From Candidatus Cloacimonadales bacterium (GTDB lineage Bacteria > Cloacimonadota > Cloacimonadia > Cloacimonadales > DAONDQ01): DNA of 64,000 bases. Under the pieces are notes generated by a model. The model saw only the letters and a list, made by a program, of their open reading frames with translations, did no database searches and had not been told where the DNA came from. Below are positions 8,750-18,017 of the stretch, piece by piece. The translations under genes and the position numbers were made by a program. The stretch is from positions 1,472,001 to 1,536,000 of the forward strand of contig OY759316.1 in NCBI GenBank assembly GCA_963662275.1. The letters run 5' to 3'. Position 1 is the stretch's first letter. Each line of letters begins with the position of its first letter.

Positions 8750-10642
8750 GGAGATGTCCCGAAACTAGCATGATTTTATTTTCTTCTGTTGTAAAATATG
8801 TGATTGTTTTTACAGGCAAACTAAATTACTCAATAGTTTCCGAAAAGCGATGCAAAGACAAGGAAAAACGGAGTAATATTTACCTAATTCATGTTTGAAT
8901 TCTGGTAGGAAGAGTCTTCATCAGGCTTTTCCTTCAGTATTTTGTAAGTGCAGAAACATTTTCCCTATATTATGTCCTAAAAAGAGGAGGGATAACTGTT
9001 CCTTGCATTTTCTCAATGAACGGACAGTAAATCTCTCAAACTTCCTGTTCCACTTCATGAAAGCAAATACAGCCTCCGGTTCGATGCCTCTTTGCTTTCT
9101 CAGCTTGTCGCCTTTTTCAGAAAGCAGATTATTGACTGTCTGACGTTTTAGTGGAGCTATATGAGGATCGTAGGTCAGTGATTTATGTGTTTTATCCTTG
9201 TAGGGAATACACTTTTTATTGTGAGGACATTCTCTGCAGTCATTACATATATAGGTTTTCACGATTCGTTTCGGACCGTTCTTCTCTGTCTCTTCTTCCT
9301 TGATTTTGACCAGTCTCCGATTAAATTGACAGACCCACTCATCATGCTCCTCATCATAGCTGAAGCCTGTCAGAAGAGAGTCCCGATAATCTCTCTTATA
9401 ATCCTGGGTCTTGAGATAGCTTGTTATCTCTTTTTCAGCAGCATAATTCAAATTCAGCGCAGTGCCATAGGCAGCATCTCCAACAACGTCGGTAGGATAT
9501 TGTCCCAATTCATCATGCATTTGCTCCATGAGATTGGGAAATTCAACGGTTTCTTTAGGGATATTGAATAAGTGAATGCCTGTGACAAATTGCTCTGAAG
9601 TTCCGATACTGGCAACATAACCCGGTGCCAGCTGTCCATTTTTCAATCGCATAAATGTGGCATCATTATCAGTCTTGGATGTGCTGCTGCGTCCTTCTCC
9701 AATTATCTCAAGCTGTTGCTCATATTTCTCCAGCTTAGTTATATCATTGCTCTTTGATTTGGAGATTTCGCGCAAAAGAGATTTGATTTTCTTGATAGCC
9801 CGAGTATCTGACGGATGATTTTTCTGTAGTCGGGACATTGCTTCTTTCAGCTTGTTTTCTGCTGAGACCAGTCTATCTCTGATCTGTTCAGATGCGACTG
9901 TAGCAGTTTTCTCTGATTCAACCGCATGCAATTGCTCACCAAGCTCAAGAAGATCAGCGGTTCCATATTGCTGTTGCTCTTCCTGATTATATTCCTCGAT
10001 CTTTTTAAACAATCCCTCAACTCGTGTCTTGACCAGTTCCTGATAACGAAGCGCATTGCTTTTCCAGATGTAGGAATTCTTGCCGGCATTTGCGTGAATC
10101 GTCGTCCCGTCAACAAAACAGGTGTCGAGATCAAGATATCCTAATGATGATGCTTTCAGTACTACCTGATAAAATACATCAATAAGAATATCAGAACACT
10201 TAGTCCAGGCAAAGGTGTTGATCGTTCTGAAATCAGGTTCCTGTTCTCCTGCCAGCCAGATAAAATTGATGTTCTCCCGAACAGCCTTAGCTATCTTCCG
10301 ACAGGTATAAATACCATTGATATAGGCATACACAATGATCTTCAACATCATCTTGGGATGATAAGCAGGTGTACCTTCATCAGAGTATCTTGTATATAGC
10401 TCAGATAAGTCCAGTTGCTCAACGACATCGTTAACATAACGAACCATGTGCTGGGGAGGTATTCTCTCTTCAATATTAAGTCCATAGAGTGTCCCCTGAT
10501 TCGGATTGTGCTCTCTGAAATTCATAATTCTCTCTATGCTTAGTTTTTAAAGGCAACAATACACCCTATAACAATATGTCAAGTAATATGATTAATATTT
10601 AATAGTTGCTATTTTTCTATCATTTAGTTTCGGGACATCTCC
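8750..10642 (-). mobile_element. IS1182-family insertion sequence
   Basis: Perfect 18-bp terminal IRs GGAGATGTCCCGAAACTA / TAGTTTCGGGACATCTCC; no flanking direct repeat seen. Confidence 0.9.
8921..10525 (-). CDS. IS1182-family DDE transposase
   Basis: AYHPKMMLK, PDFRTI, VDGTTIHANA, SKTDNDATFMR, DAAYG, CxxCxxCP, IEPEAVF. Confidence 0.93.
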   Translation of the reverse strand: MNFREHNPNQGTLYGLNIEERIPPQHMVRYVNDVVEQLDLSELYTRYSDEGTPAYHPKMMLKIIVYAYINGIYTCRKIAKAVRENINFIWLAGEQEPDFRTINTFAWTKCSDILIDVFYQVVLKASSLGYLDLDTCFVDGTTIHANAGKNSYIWKSNALRYQELVKTRVEGLFKKIEEYNQEEQQQYGTADLLELGEQLHAVESEKTATVASEQIRDRLVSAENKLKEAMSRLQKNHPSDTRAIKKIKSLLREISKSKSNDITKLEKYEQQLEIIGEGRSSTSKTDNDATFMRLKNGQLAPGYVASIGTSEQFVTGIHLFNIPKETVEFPNLMEQMHDELGQYPTDVVGDAAYGTALNLNYAAEKEITSYLKTQDYKRDYRDSLLTGFSYDEEHDEWVCQFNRRLVKIKEEETEKNGPKRIVKTYICNDCRECPHNKKCIPYKDKTHKSLTYDPHIAPLKRQTVNNLLSEKGDKLRKQRGIEPEAVFAFMKWNRKFERFTVRSLRKCKEQLSLLFLGHNIGKMFLHLQNTEGKA

Positions 10643-10824
10643 TTAAATTATTCTCAATTTATTGACATTGACTGGGCTATTATCTGCCATCCATGCAGGA
10701 TTCGGAAGTATTTTCTGTTTATTTCCACCCACCCATAGCTGACGCTATGGGCTATCATCTTGCATACATGTGGGAATTGTTCATTCGTTGATGCTCCCCC
10801 ACCCATAGCTGACGCTATGGGCTA

Positions 10825-12694
10825 GTACGATAGTGATAGATAGAAATCGGATGGGTGCAAGTCCCATTTCAGGCTACGTCATGCCTGGTAGTCTATGTAA
10901 CTGCTTCATCGTGAGATGGGGTGGGGAGTAACAAATGACGAAACAGCAGTCCGTAGGATAACGAACTCGATTCGGCAGGATACAATGTCGAGCTTGCTAG
11001 CCTTAAGCGAAGACCAAAATCTTCTGGAATGATGCACTTCGGGTGAACCGGAGTTTCCCCCGGAAGATGGCAGACAGGCTGAGATGACGTGCAAAAGCCA
11101 TGTACTGATTGTATCAAGTGACTGGAGACGGAATGTTGTGAAGGTTTCTATCTCAAGCTATGAGACCTGCTGATGGGAAGAGACATCAGCAGGAGTCAGA
11201 GTGTTCATAGTAGCGATGATATTCAGGACACTATAACCTGAAAGTAGCGAAGGGGCACAGGAAAATGAATTTTGAAAGGAGTATTGATGGAAGATCAACG
11301 TTCATTATTGCCGAAAACGGCTAAACAAGAACGAGAAATCCCTCCGCAATGGAGTTGGGTGGAACCGTCAGTATGGTCTGACAAAATGTTGGCAGCGCTC
11401 GAAATGGGCGTCAAAGGTGGAAAATGGTTCAGTCTGATAGACAAGGTATATGCCATGGCAAACCTTGCATCAGCTTGGAAACACGTGGCATCCAACAGAG
11501 GTAGTGCCGGTATCGACAATGTCAGCATCCAGCACTACAAAAGACATGCGCTGGCAAGATTAGTACGAACCTCCGAACTGTTGCAAAAGGAAGCGTATCA
11601 ACCCAATGGAATCAAACGTGTCTGGATAGATAAACCGGGCAGTAAGGAAAAGAGACCTTTGGGCATACCGACCGTCACGGACAGAGTAGTACAAACAGCA
11701 CTGCGCAATGTAATCGAACCGATATTTGAACAGGGATTTGCCGAACACAGTTATGGCTTTCGTCCCAAACGCGACTGCAAAGATGCTTTAAGACAAGTCG
11801 ATGGACTTCTCAAGCAGGGATACGTCTTTGTTGTGGATGCAGACCTGAAAGGATACTTTGACAGTATACCGCAGGACAAGCTGATGAAGCGTGTAGGAGA
11901 AAAGATAGCAGACGGGAAAGTTCTGAATCTTATCAATGACTATTTGAATCAAAAAGTAATGGATACAACGTCAACCTGGACACCGGAAACGGGAACACCT
12001 CAGGGAGCAGTTATCAGTCCATTACTGGCAAACATTTATCTGAATCCTCTGGACTGGCTTATGGCAGGCAAAGGCTATAGAATGATACGCTATGCGGATG
12101 ATTTTGTAGTCATGTGTCAAAGTCGAGAGGAAGCAGAAATGGCTTTATGTACAATAGGCGAATGGGTTGAAAAAGCAGGTCTGGTTTTGCATCCTGAAAA
12201 GACTAAAATACTGGACGCAGAAACGGAAGCGGTGGAATTTTTAGGATACCACTTCTTCAAGGGTAAAAGATACCCCAGACAGAAGAGTATCAACAAGTTC
12301 AAAGACAGCATCCGTAAATGTACCGGACGCAGTAATGCCCACAGCTTACAAACCATAATAGCTAAAATCAAGCCGATTCAAAGAGGTTGGTTCGAGTATT
12401 ACAAACACTGTTACAAAACAGTCTTTCCTAACTTGGATGGCTGGGTAAGACACAGGCTACGCAGTATCCTCAGAAAGAGGAAAAAGCGCTATGGTATTGC
12501 CACAGGAAAAGACAATATCAGGTATCCAAATTACATCTTTGATAATGCTGGGTTTTTCTCATTAACCAAAGCCCATCAGGAATTATGTCAATCTCTTAAA
12601 TGAGAACTCGTTTTCTGGAGAGCCGTATGCGGGAGAACCGCACGTACGGTTCGGAGGGAGGGGAGCCAGTAATGGATTACTCCCCTACCCCTAT
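10825..12694 (+). mobile_element. Group II intron, copy 1 (1870 bp)
   Basis: 5' GTACG, 3' ...CCCCTACCCCTAT; domain V GAGCCGTATGCGGGAGAACCGCACGTACGGTTC; removal restores the repeat GGGCTA|TCATCT. Confidence 0.95.
11287..12603 (+). CDS. ltrA: Group II intron reverse transcriptase/maturase, no endonuclease domain
   Basis: RPLGIPTVTDR, SYGFRP, GTPQGAVISPLLANIYL, YADD; likely ATG start at 11287 after AAAGGA. Confidence 0.95.
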   Translation: MEDQRSLLPKTAKQEREIPPQWSWVEPSVWSDKMLAALEMGVKGGKWFSLIDKVYAMANLASAWKHVASNRGSAGIDNVSIQHYKRHALARLVRTSELLQKEAYQPNGIKRVWIDKPGSKEKRPLGIPTVTDRVVQTALRNVIEPIFEQGFAEHSYGFRPKRDCKDALRQVDGLLKQGYVFVVDADLKGYFDSIPQDKLMKRVGEKIADGKVLNLINDYLNQKVMDTTSTWTPETGTPQGAVISPLLANIYLNPLDWLMAGKGYRMIRYADDFVVMCQSREEAEMALCTIGEWVEKAGLVLHPEKTKILDAETEAVEFLGYHFFKGKRYPRQKSINKFKDSIRKCTGRSNAHSLQTIIAKIKPIQRGWFEYYKHCYKTVFPNLDGWVRHRLRSILRKRKKRYGIATGKDNIRYPNYIFDNAGFFSLTKAHQELCQSLK

Positions 12695-12834
12695 TCATCT
12701 TGCATACATGTGGGAATTGTTCATTCGTTGACGCTCCCCCACCCATAGCTTACGCTATGGGCTATCATCTTGCATACATATGGGAATTGTTCATTCGTTG
12801 ACGCTCCCCCACCCATAGCTGACGCTATGGGCTA

Positions 12835-14704
12835 GTACGATAGTGATAGATAGAAATCGGATGGGTGCAAGTCCCATTTCAGGCTACGTCATGCCTGGTA
12901 GTCTATGTAACTGCTTCATCGTGAGATGGGGTGGGGAGTAACAAATGACGAAACAGCAGTCCGTAGGATAACGAACTCGATTCGGCAGGATACAATGTCG
13001 AGCTTGCTAGCCTTAAGCGAAGACCAAAATCTTCTGGAATGATGCACTTCGGGTGAACCGGAGTTTCCCCCGGAAGATGGCAGACAGGCTGAGATGACGT
13101 GCAAAAGCCATGTACTGATTGTATCAAGTGACTGGAGACGGAATGTTGTGAAGGTTTCTATCTCAAGCTATGAGACCTGCTGATGGGAAGAGACATCAGC
13201 AGGAGTCAGAGTGTTCATAGTAGCGATGATATTCAGGACACTATAACCTGAAAGTAGCGAAGGGGCACAGGAAAATGAATTTTGAAAGGAGTATTGATGG
13301 AAGATCAACGTTCATTATTGCCGAAAACGGCTAAACAAGAACGAGAAATCCCTCCGCAATGGAGTTGGGTGGAACCGTCAGTATGGTCTGACAAAATGTT
13401 GGCAGCGCTCGAAATGGGCGTCAAAGGTGGAAAATGGTTCAGTCTGATAGACAAGGTATATGCCATGGCAAACCTTGCATCAGCTTGGAAACACGTGGCA
13501 TCCAACAGAGGTAGTGCCGGTATCGACAATGTCAGCATCCAGCACTACAAAAGACATGCGCTGGCAAGATTAGTACGAACCTCCGAACTGTTGCAAAAGG
13601 AAGCGTATCAACCCAATGGAATCAAACGTGTCTGGATAGATAAACCGGGCAGTAAGGAAAAGAGACCTTTGGGCATACCGACCGTCACGGACAGAGTAGT
13701 ACAAACAGCACTGCGCAATGTAATCGAACCGATATTTGAACAGGGATTTGCCGAACACAGTTATGGCTTTCGTCCCAAACGCGACTGCAAAGATGCTTTA
13801 AGACAAGTCGATGGACTTCTCAAGCAGGGATACGTCTTTGTTGTGGATGCAGACCTGAAAGGATACTTTGACAGTATACCGCAGGACAAGCTGATGAAGC
13901 GTGTAGGAGAAAAGATAGCAGACGGGAAAGTTCTGAATCTTATCAATGACTATTTGAATCAAAAAGTAATGGATACAACGTCAACCTGGACACCGGAAAC
14001 GGGAACACCTCAGGGAGCAGTTATCAGTCCATTACTGGCAAACATTTATCTGAATCCTCTGGACTGGCTTATGGCAGGCAAAGGCTATAGAATGATACGC
14101 TATGCGGATGATTTTGTAGTCATGTGTCAAAGTCGAGAGGAAGCAGAAATGGCTTTATGTACAATAGGCGAATGGGTTGAAAAAGCAGGTCTGGTTTTGC
14201 ATCCTGAAAAGACTAAAATACTGGACGCAGAAACGGAAGCGGTGGAATTTTTAGGATACCACTTCTTCAAGGGTAAAAGATACCCCAGACAGAAGAGTAT
14301 CAACAAGTTCAAAGACAGCATCCGTAAATGTACCGGACGCAGTAATGCCCACAGCTTACAAACCATAATAGCTAAAATCAAGCCGATTCAAAGAGGTTGG
14401 TTCGAGTATTACAAACACTGTTACAAAACAGTCTTTCCTAACTTGGATGGCTGGGTAAGACACAGGCTACGCAGTATCCTCAGAAAGAGGAAAAAGCGCT
14501 ATGGTATTGCCACAGGAAAAGACAATATCAGGTATCCAAATTACATCTTTGATAATGCTGGGTTTTTCTCATTAACCAAAGCCCATCAGGAATTATGTCA
14601 ATCTCTTAAATGAGAACTCGTTTTCTGGAGAGCCGTATGCGGGAGAACCGCACGTACGGTTCGGAGGGAGGGGAGCCAGTAATGGATTACTCCCCTACCC
14701 CTAT
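12835..14704 (+). mobile_element. Group II intron, copy 2, apparently identical to copy 1
   Basis: Same termini and junction, offset 2010 bp from copy 1. Confidence 0.95.
13297..14613 (+). CDS. ltrA: Group II intron RT/maturase, copy 2
   Basis: Translation identical to copy 1. Confidence 0.95.
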   Translation: MEDQRSLLPKTAKQEREIPPQWSWVEPSVWSDKMLAALEMGVKGGKWFSLIDKVYAMANLASAWKHVASNRGSAGIDNVSIQHYKRHALARLVRTSELLQKEAYQPNGIKRVWIDKPGSKEKRPLGIPTVTDRVVQTALRNVIEPIFEQGFAEHSYGFRPKRDCKDALRQVDGLLKQGYVFVVDADLKGYFDSIPQDKLMKRVGEKIADGKVLNLINDYLNQKVMDTTSTWTPETGTPQGAVISPLLANIYLNPLDWLMAGKGYRMIRYADDFVVMCQSREEAEMALCTIGEWVEKAGLVLHPEKTKILDAETEAVEFLGYHFFKGKRYPRQKSINKFKDSIRKCTGRSNAHSLQTIIAKIKPIQRGWFEYYKHCYKTVFPNLDGWVRHRLRSILRKRKKRYGIATGKDNIRYPNYIFDNAGFFSLTKAHQELCQSLK

Positions 14705-15092
14705 TCATCTTGCATACATGTGGGAATTGTTCATTCGTTGACGCTCCCCCACCCATAGCTTACGCTATGGGCTATCATCTTGCATACATATGGGAATTGT
14801 TCATTCTTTGACGCTCCCCCACCCATAGCTTACGCTATGGGCTATCATCTTGCATACATATGGGAATTGTTCATTCGTTGACGCTCTCCCACCCATAGCT
14901 TACGCTATGGGCTATCATCTTGCATACATATGGGAATTGTTCATTCGTTGACGCTCCCCCACCCATAGCTTACGCTATGGGCTGATCATCTGGCATCCCA
15001 TCGCTCACGATATAGGTTTGAATTTTAGATTGACATCATAGCATAAATATGGAATAAATTGTTTAATCATTCTCAGAAAAGGGAAGCATGAT

Positions 15093-16079
15093 ATGAGCAC
15101 ATCAGATCATAAGCGAAAGCTTAAAATACCTGTTTTGTCGGCTTTTATCATCATGTTCGTGATATTTTCGGCGATGACGTATCAGCACAGGGTTCAGATG
15201 AATCGGAAAGCGAAAGCGATCTATTCCAGGAAGGACATAGCCTATGCTAGAGGTAATAATCTGTACCTTCTGAACATTACAACGGGTGATTCCACCTGTA
15301 TTCCTGCCAATGGTATCGTTGCCTCGCCCACATTCGATAATAGCGGAAGGAATGTCTATTTCCTGAGCAATACGGAATCCGGTGCTGAAAACAATCACTT
15401 TGTTACCTGCAATATCTTCAAATATGATATCGATGCAGGAAAACTAAGCCAGGTGACCAGTAAGCGATTCGATAACCTCTGGCTTGAACTTCCCACTCAT
15501 TTGAATCTATTTTTTGACAAGTCTGATGTGCTGTTTTTGACGATGTTTGACCTGGAAAACGTGCAGATGTTTCAAATCGATACAAAGCAAAATCAATTGC
15601 AGGTATATGACAGCGAGCAAGCTCTTGAAAGCAGAACTGTTTGCTCTGATTCGCTGACATTCAATGGAACAGTCATCGTGAATCGGAAAACAGAAGGCAT
15701 CTATGAGCTTGTTCTGCAAAAGAGCGATGGAACACTGACACGACTATCCCATACAGTGCTATATAAAAGAGATTCGGAGTTACTTGATGAGAAAGCACGC
15801 TTTGTCCTATCTCCAGATCGGAAGTCACTCGTATTCGCAATTGTGACTGAAATGGGGGATTTCTTGCACGGTCCGCTATTCTCAGTGGATTTGGATGGCA
15901 AGCATCAGACACACCTCCTGGAAGACGGTTTCGACAGAATTGCGATCCAGGAAACATACTGGATTTCCGGCAGTTCTTTCCTCTATATCGATGACAACGG
16001 AAATCTGATGTCGGTAAATGTCATAGGGGAGAAGAAGCTTATTAGGAAACATGTTTCTGCTTTTACCGCAAAGCAGTAG
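15093..16079 (+). CDS. Membrane-anchored TolB-like beta-propeller protein
   Basis: N-terminal TM segment; SPTFDNSGRNVYF and LSPDRKSLVF PD40-like motifs. Confidence 0.6.
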   Translation: MSTSDHKRKLKIPVLSAFIIMFVIFSAMTYQHRVQMNRKAKAIYSRKDIAYARGNNLYLLNITTGDSTCIPANGIVASPTFDNSGRNVYFLSNTESGAENNHFVTCNIFKYDIDAGKLSQVTSKRFDNLWLELPTHLNLFFDKSDVLFLTMFDLENVQMFQIDTKQNQLQVYDSEQALESRTVCSDSLTFNGTVIVNRKTEGIYELVLQKSDGTLTRLSHTVLYKRDSELLDEKARFVLSPDRKSLVFAIVTEMGDFLHGPLFSVDLDGKHQTHLLEDGFDRIAIQETYWISGSSFLYIDDNGNLMSVNVIGEKKLIRKHVSAFTAKQ

Positions 16080-16139
16080 CACAGACAGTCTTGTCTGTTT
16101 TGTGAGAGTGTCGTCCCGAACTTGAAATGGGATGCGGAG
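16076..16139. repeat. Dispersed ~60-bp element, copy 2
   Basis: gtagcacagacagtcttgtctgttttgtgagagtgtcgtcccgaacttgaaa. Confidence 0.8.
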
Positions 16140-16413
16140 TGAAAGGGAATAGGAAATGATATGGAAGAGACTAGATACCAGGGGCTAGAGTCTAGGAGTT
16201 AAAATAGGATTGAAGATTGGCAGAGAAGAACCGCCTGAAGGCAGCGCTACTGAAGGTGGAAGAACGCATCCTGTGCTGACTGCTGGATCGGAATCAAGGG
16301 AAGTTCGAAGTACGAAAGGAAGTAGGGTTCAATAAAAGTTAAACAGCATGTATATCTTGACAATACTGGGCTATAATGAGTTCTACGAATATTCATCCCT
16401 TTAAGGAGTAATT

Positions 16414-17094
16414 ATGTGTAGAACCAGTATTTTTCAAATCCTATTCATCCTGATATTCTCAATTTTCATTTCCAATCTCCTGGCAGACCAAGCCAACCAG
16501 CAAAAAATGGAAGCTCAATTCCGTGATGAAACCGGATTCGAAGGCACGATCAAGTGGTGGAATAGTGATGATACAATGAAAGAACTGGAAGGCTATTTCC
16601 CCGATATGCCAATTTCAATGGATCTCGAGTGGGATGATAATGCTGCAAATGCTAATGAGATATTTCTTAGTTTAGTTCCTTATTCAGGTTTGAAGAAGGA
16701 AGACTTTTTTCCTATTGTTAATGGTGCTGACTTTTATAACTTTAATCAGAAATTGAATGGAAGGAAAATGAGCAATTATGGTGCTATCGAATTTTGCATG
16801 ATGGGGGATGGTAATATCTTCATCAGTGCAAGTACGATCCTGAAAGTGAATGCTCCACTCAATCCAAAACTGACAGTCGATGAAGCTTATACAAAATTTA
16901 CTCAAGTTGCTGTTCCTGCCGACATCATTCCTCAATCTGACATGAAATGTGAATTAACCTATATAGTACCTTCCACCTATGTGGATAATCCTGATATGAA
17001 GCCTACGGAATACCTTTTAACCTGGCTGATGATGGCTTATGATAAATGGTATTATATTGATGCAATAACAGGAAAACTGGTGAAGAAAAATTAG
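16414..17094 (+). CDS. Secreted protein resembling a stand-alone peptidase propeptide (FTP/PepSY-like); paralog of 30722..31399
   Basis: Signal peptide, FNQKLNG, C-terminal YYIDAITGKLV. Confidence 0.55.
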   Translation: MCRTSIFQILFILIFSIFISNLLADQANQQKMEAQFRDETGFEGTIKWWNSDDTMKELEGYFPDMPISMDLEWDDNAANANEIFLSLVPYSGLKKEDFFPIVNGADFYNFNQKLNGRKMSNYGAIEFCMMGDGNIFISASTILKVNAPLNPKLTVDEAYTKFTQVAVPADIIPQSDMKCELTYIVPSTYVDNPDMKPTEYLLTWLMMAYDKWYYIDAITGKLVKKN

Positions 17095-17106
17095 GCTTGC
17101 AGAAGC

Positions 17107-17211
17107 GGACAGGGTACAGGGTACAGGGGACAGGGTACAGGGGACAGGGTACAGGGGACAGGGTACAGCGTACAGCATACAGGGTACAGGGGACAGGGTA
17201 CAGGGGACAGG
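17107..17211. repeat. Heptamer tandem repeat (G[G/T]ACAGG) x~15
   Basis: Read directly from the sequence. Confidence 0.9.
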
Positions 17212-17288
17212 GAAGAGAAGAGTTGTCGTTCTTCCGAACGCGCCTACAGGTTTTCTATTATTAAATCTCTTTGAAATCAAAACACTTC

Positions 17289-17335
17289 TTGACAGATTGT
17301 TCTTCTTTATTAAATAAACATACATGAATGTATGT
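17289..17335 (+). promoter_or_regulatory. TTGACA promoter with an AcrR/TetR-type palindromic operator
   Basis: ACATACAT-GA-ATGTATGT (17318-17335) directly upstream of the tetR gene. Confidence 0.75.
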
Positions 17336-17348
17336 AAAGAAGGGAATA

Positions 17349-18017
17349 ATGAGAAGAACAAAGATTGAGACTGAAGAAACCAGGAAAGCAATCCTAAGTG
17401 CAGCCTTGATTACTTTCAGCAAAAAGGGATACGATAATACAACCCTGGAAGAGATCGCAGATGTTGCCAATTTGACACGAGGAGCAGTTTACTGGCATTT
17501 CAAAAACAAAGAAGATTTGCTGAATATTCTATTGGAAGAATATGAGGGATCCTTGTTATTGAGAATCCAGGGATTCCTGAAAGACAGGAAGTTGAAGAAG
17601 ATGTCATTGAGTGAGAGAGCTTTATTGTGGATTACTCTTTGGGTAGAGACAATGGTGTCGGAAAGGAATCTATTCAGAACACGGGCGGTTTATAACATAC
17701 ATTATCCAGAAAGAATGTCAGAAAAACGCAAAGAGACTAATATACAACTCATGGAATCCGTGAAAGCGATATTTCTTCCGAAATTGGATGAAATCAAGAA
17801 TCCAAATAGGGAAGAAGCATTGTTCTTTGTGATTATGGTCATTGATACATCTTCTGCCTATAAAATCATTCTTGAAGAGATGCATGACCATCTGCTGCCG
17901 GGGATAAACAGTCAAATGCTGATCTGTGAATATCATCAGTTATTCAATTCCTATCTAGGTTTGGATCACGTTTCAGTAAAAGCTGGCATTTCAACAGTCA
18001 AACGAGATGTGAAATGA
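17349..18017 (+). CDS. TetR/AcrR-family regulator
   Basis: FSKKGYDNTTLEEIADVANLTRGAVYWHFKNKEDL HTH; ATG 17349 after AAGGGA. Confidence 0.92.
   Translation: MRRTKIETEETRKAILSAALITFSKKGYDNTTLEEIADVANLTRGAVYWHFKNKEDLLNILLEEYEGSLLLRIQGFLKDRKLKKMSLSERALLWITLWVETMVSERNLFRTRAVYNIHYPERMSEKRKETNIQLMESVKAIFLPKLDEIKNPNREEALFFVIMVIDTSSAYKIILEEMHDHLLPGINSQMLICEYHQLFNSYLGLDHVSVKAGISTVKRDVK

Larger units (their letters stand above)
10731..14984. repeat. Tandem array of 70-bp REP-like units (8 hairpins CCCATAGC-TNAC-GCTATGGG), interrupted twice by group II introns
   Basis: Units start at 10731, 10801, 12741, 12811, 14751, 14821, 14891 and 14961 (last one partial). Confidence 0.95.

Noticed and set aside
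10915..10928. Intron segment ATGGGGTGGGGAG nearly complementary to the target CTCCCCCACCCAT, as an extra EBS
   Set aside because: It is already paired in the CTTCATC-GTGA-GATGGGG stem of domain I and is low complexity; probably coincidental
10731..14984. CRISPR array, or a retron/DGR-type RT-plus-array system
   Set aside because: Inter-hairpin segments are nearly identical (no unique spacers), there are no cas genes, and the RTs lie inside complete group II introns with domains V/VI and exact junctions
17017..17391. 124-aa minus-strand ORF (PVPCTLS repeats)
   Set aside because: Translation of the heptamer repeat; overlaps real genes
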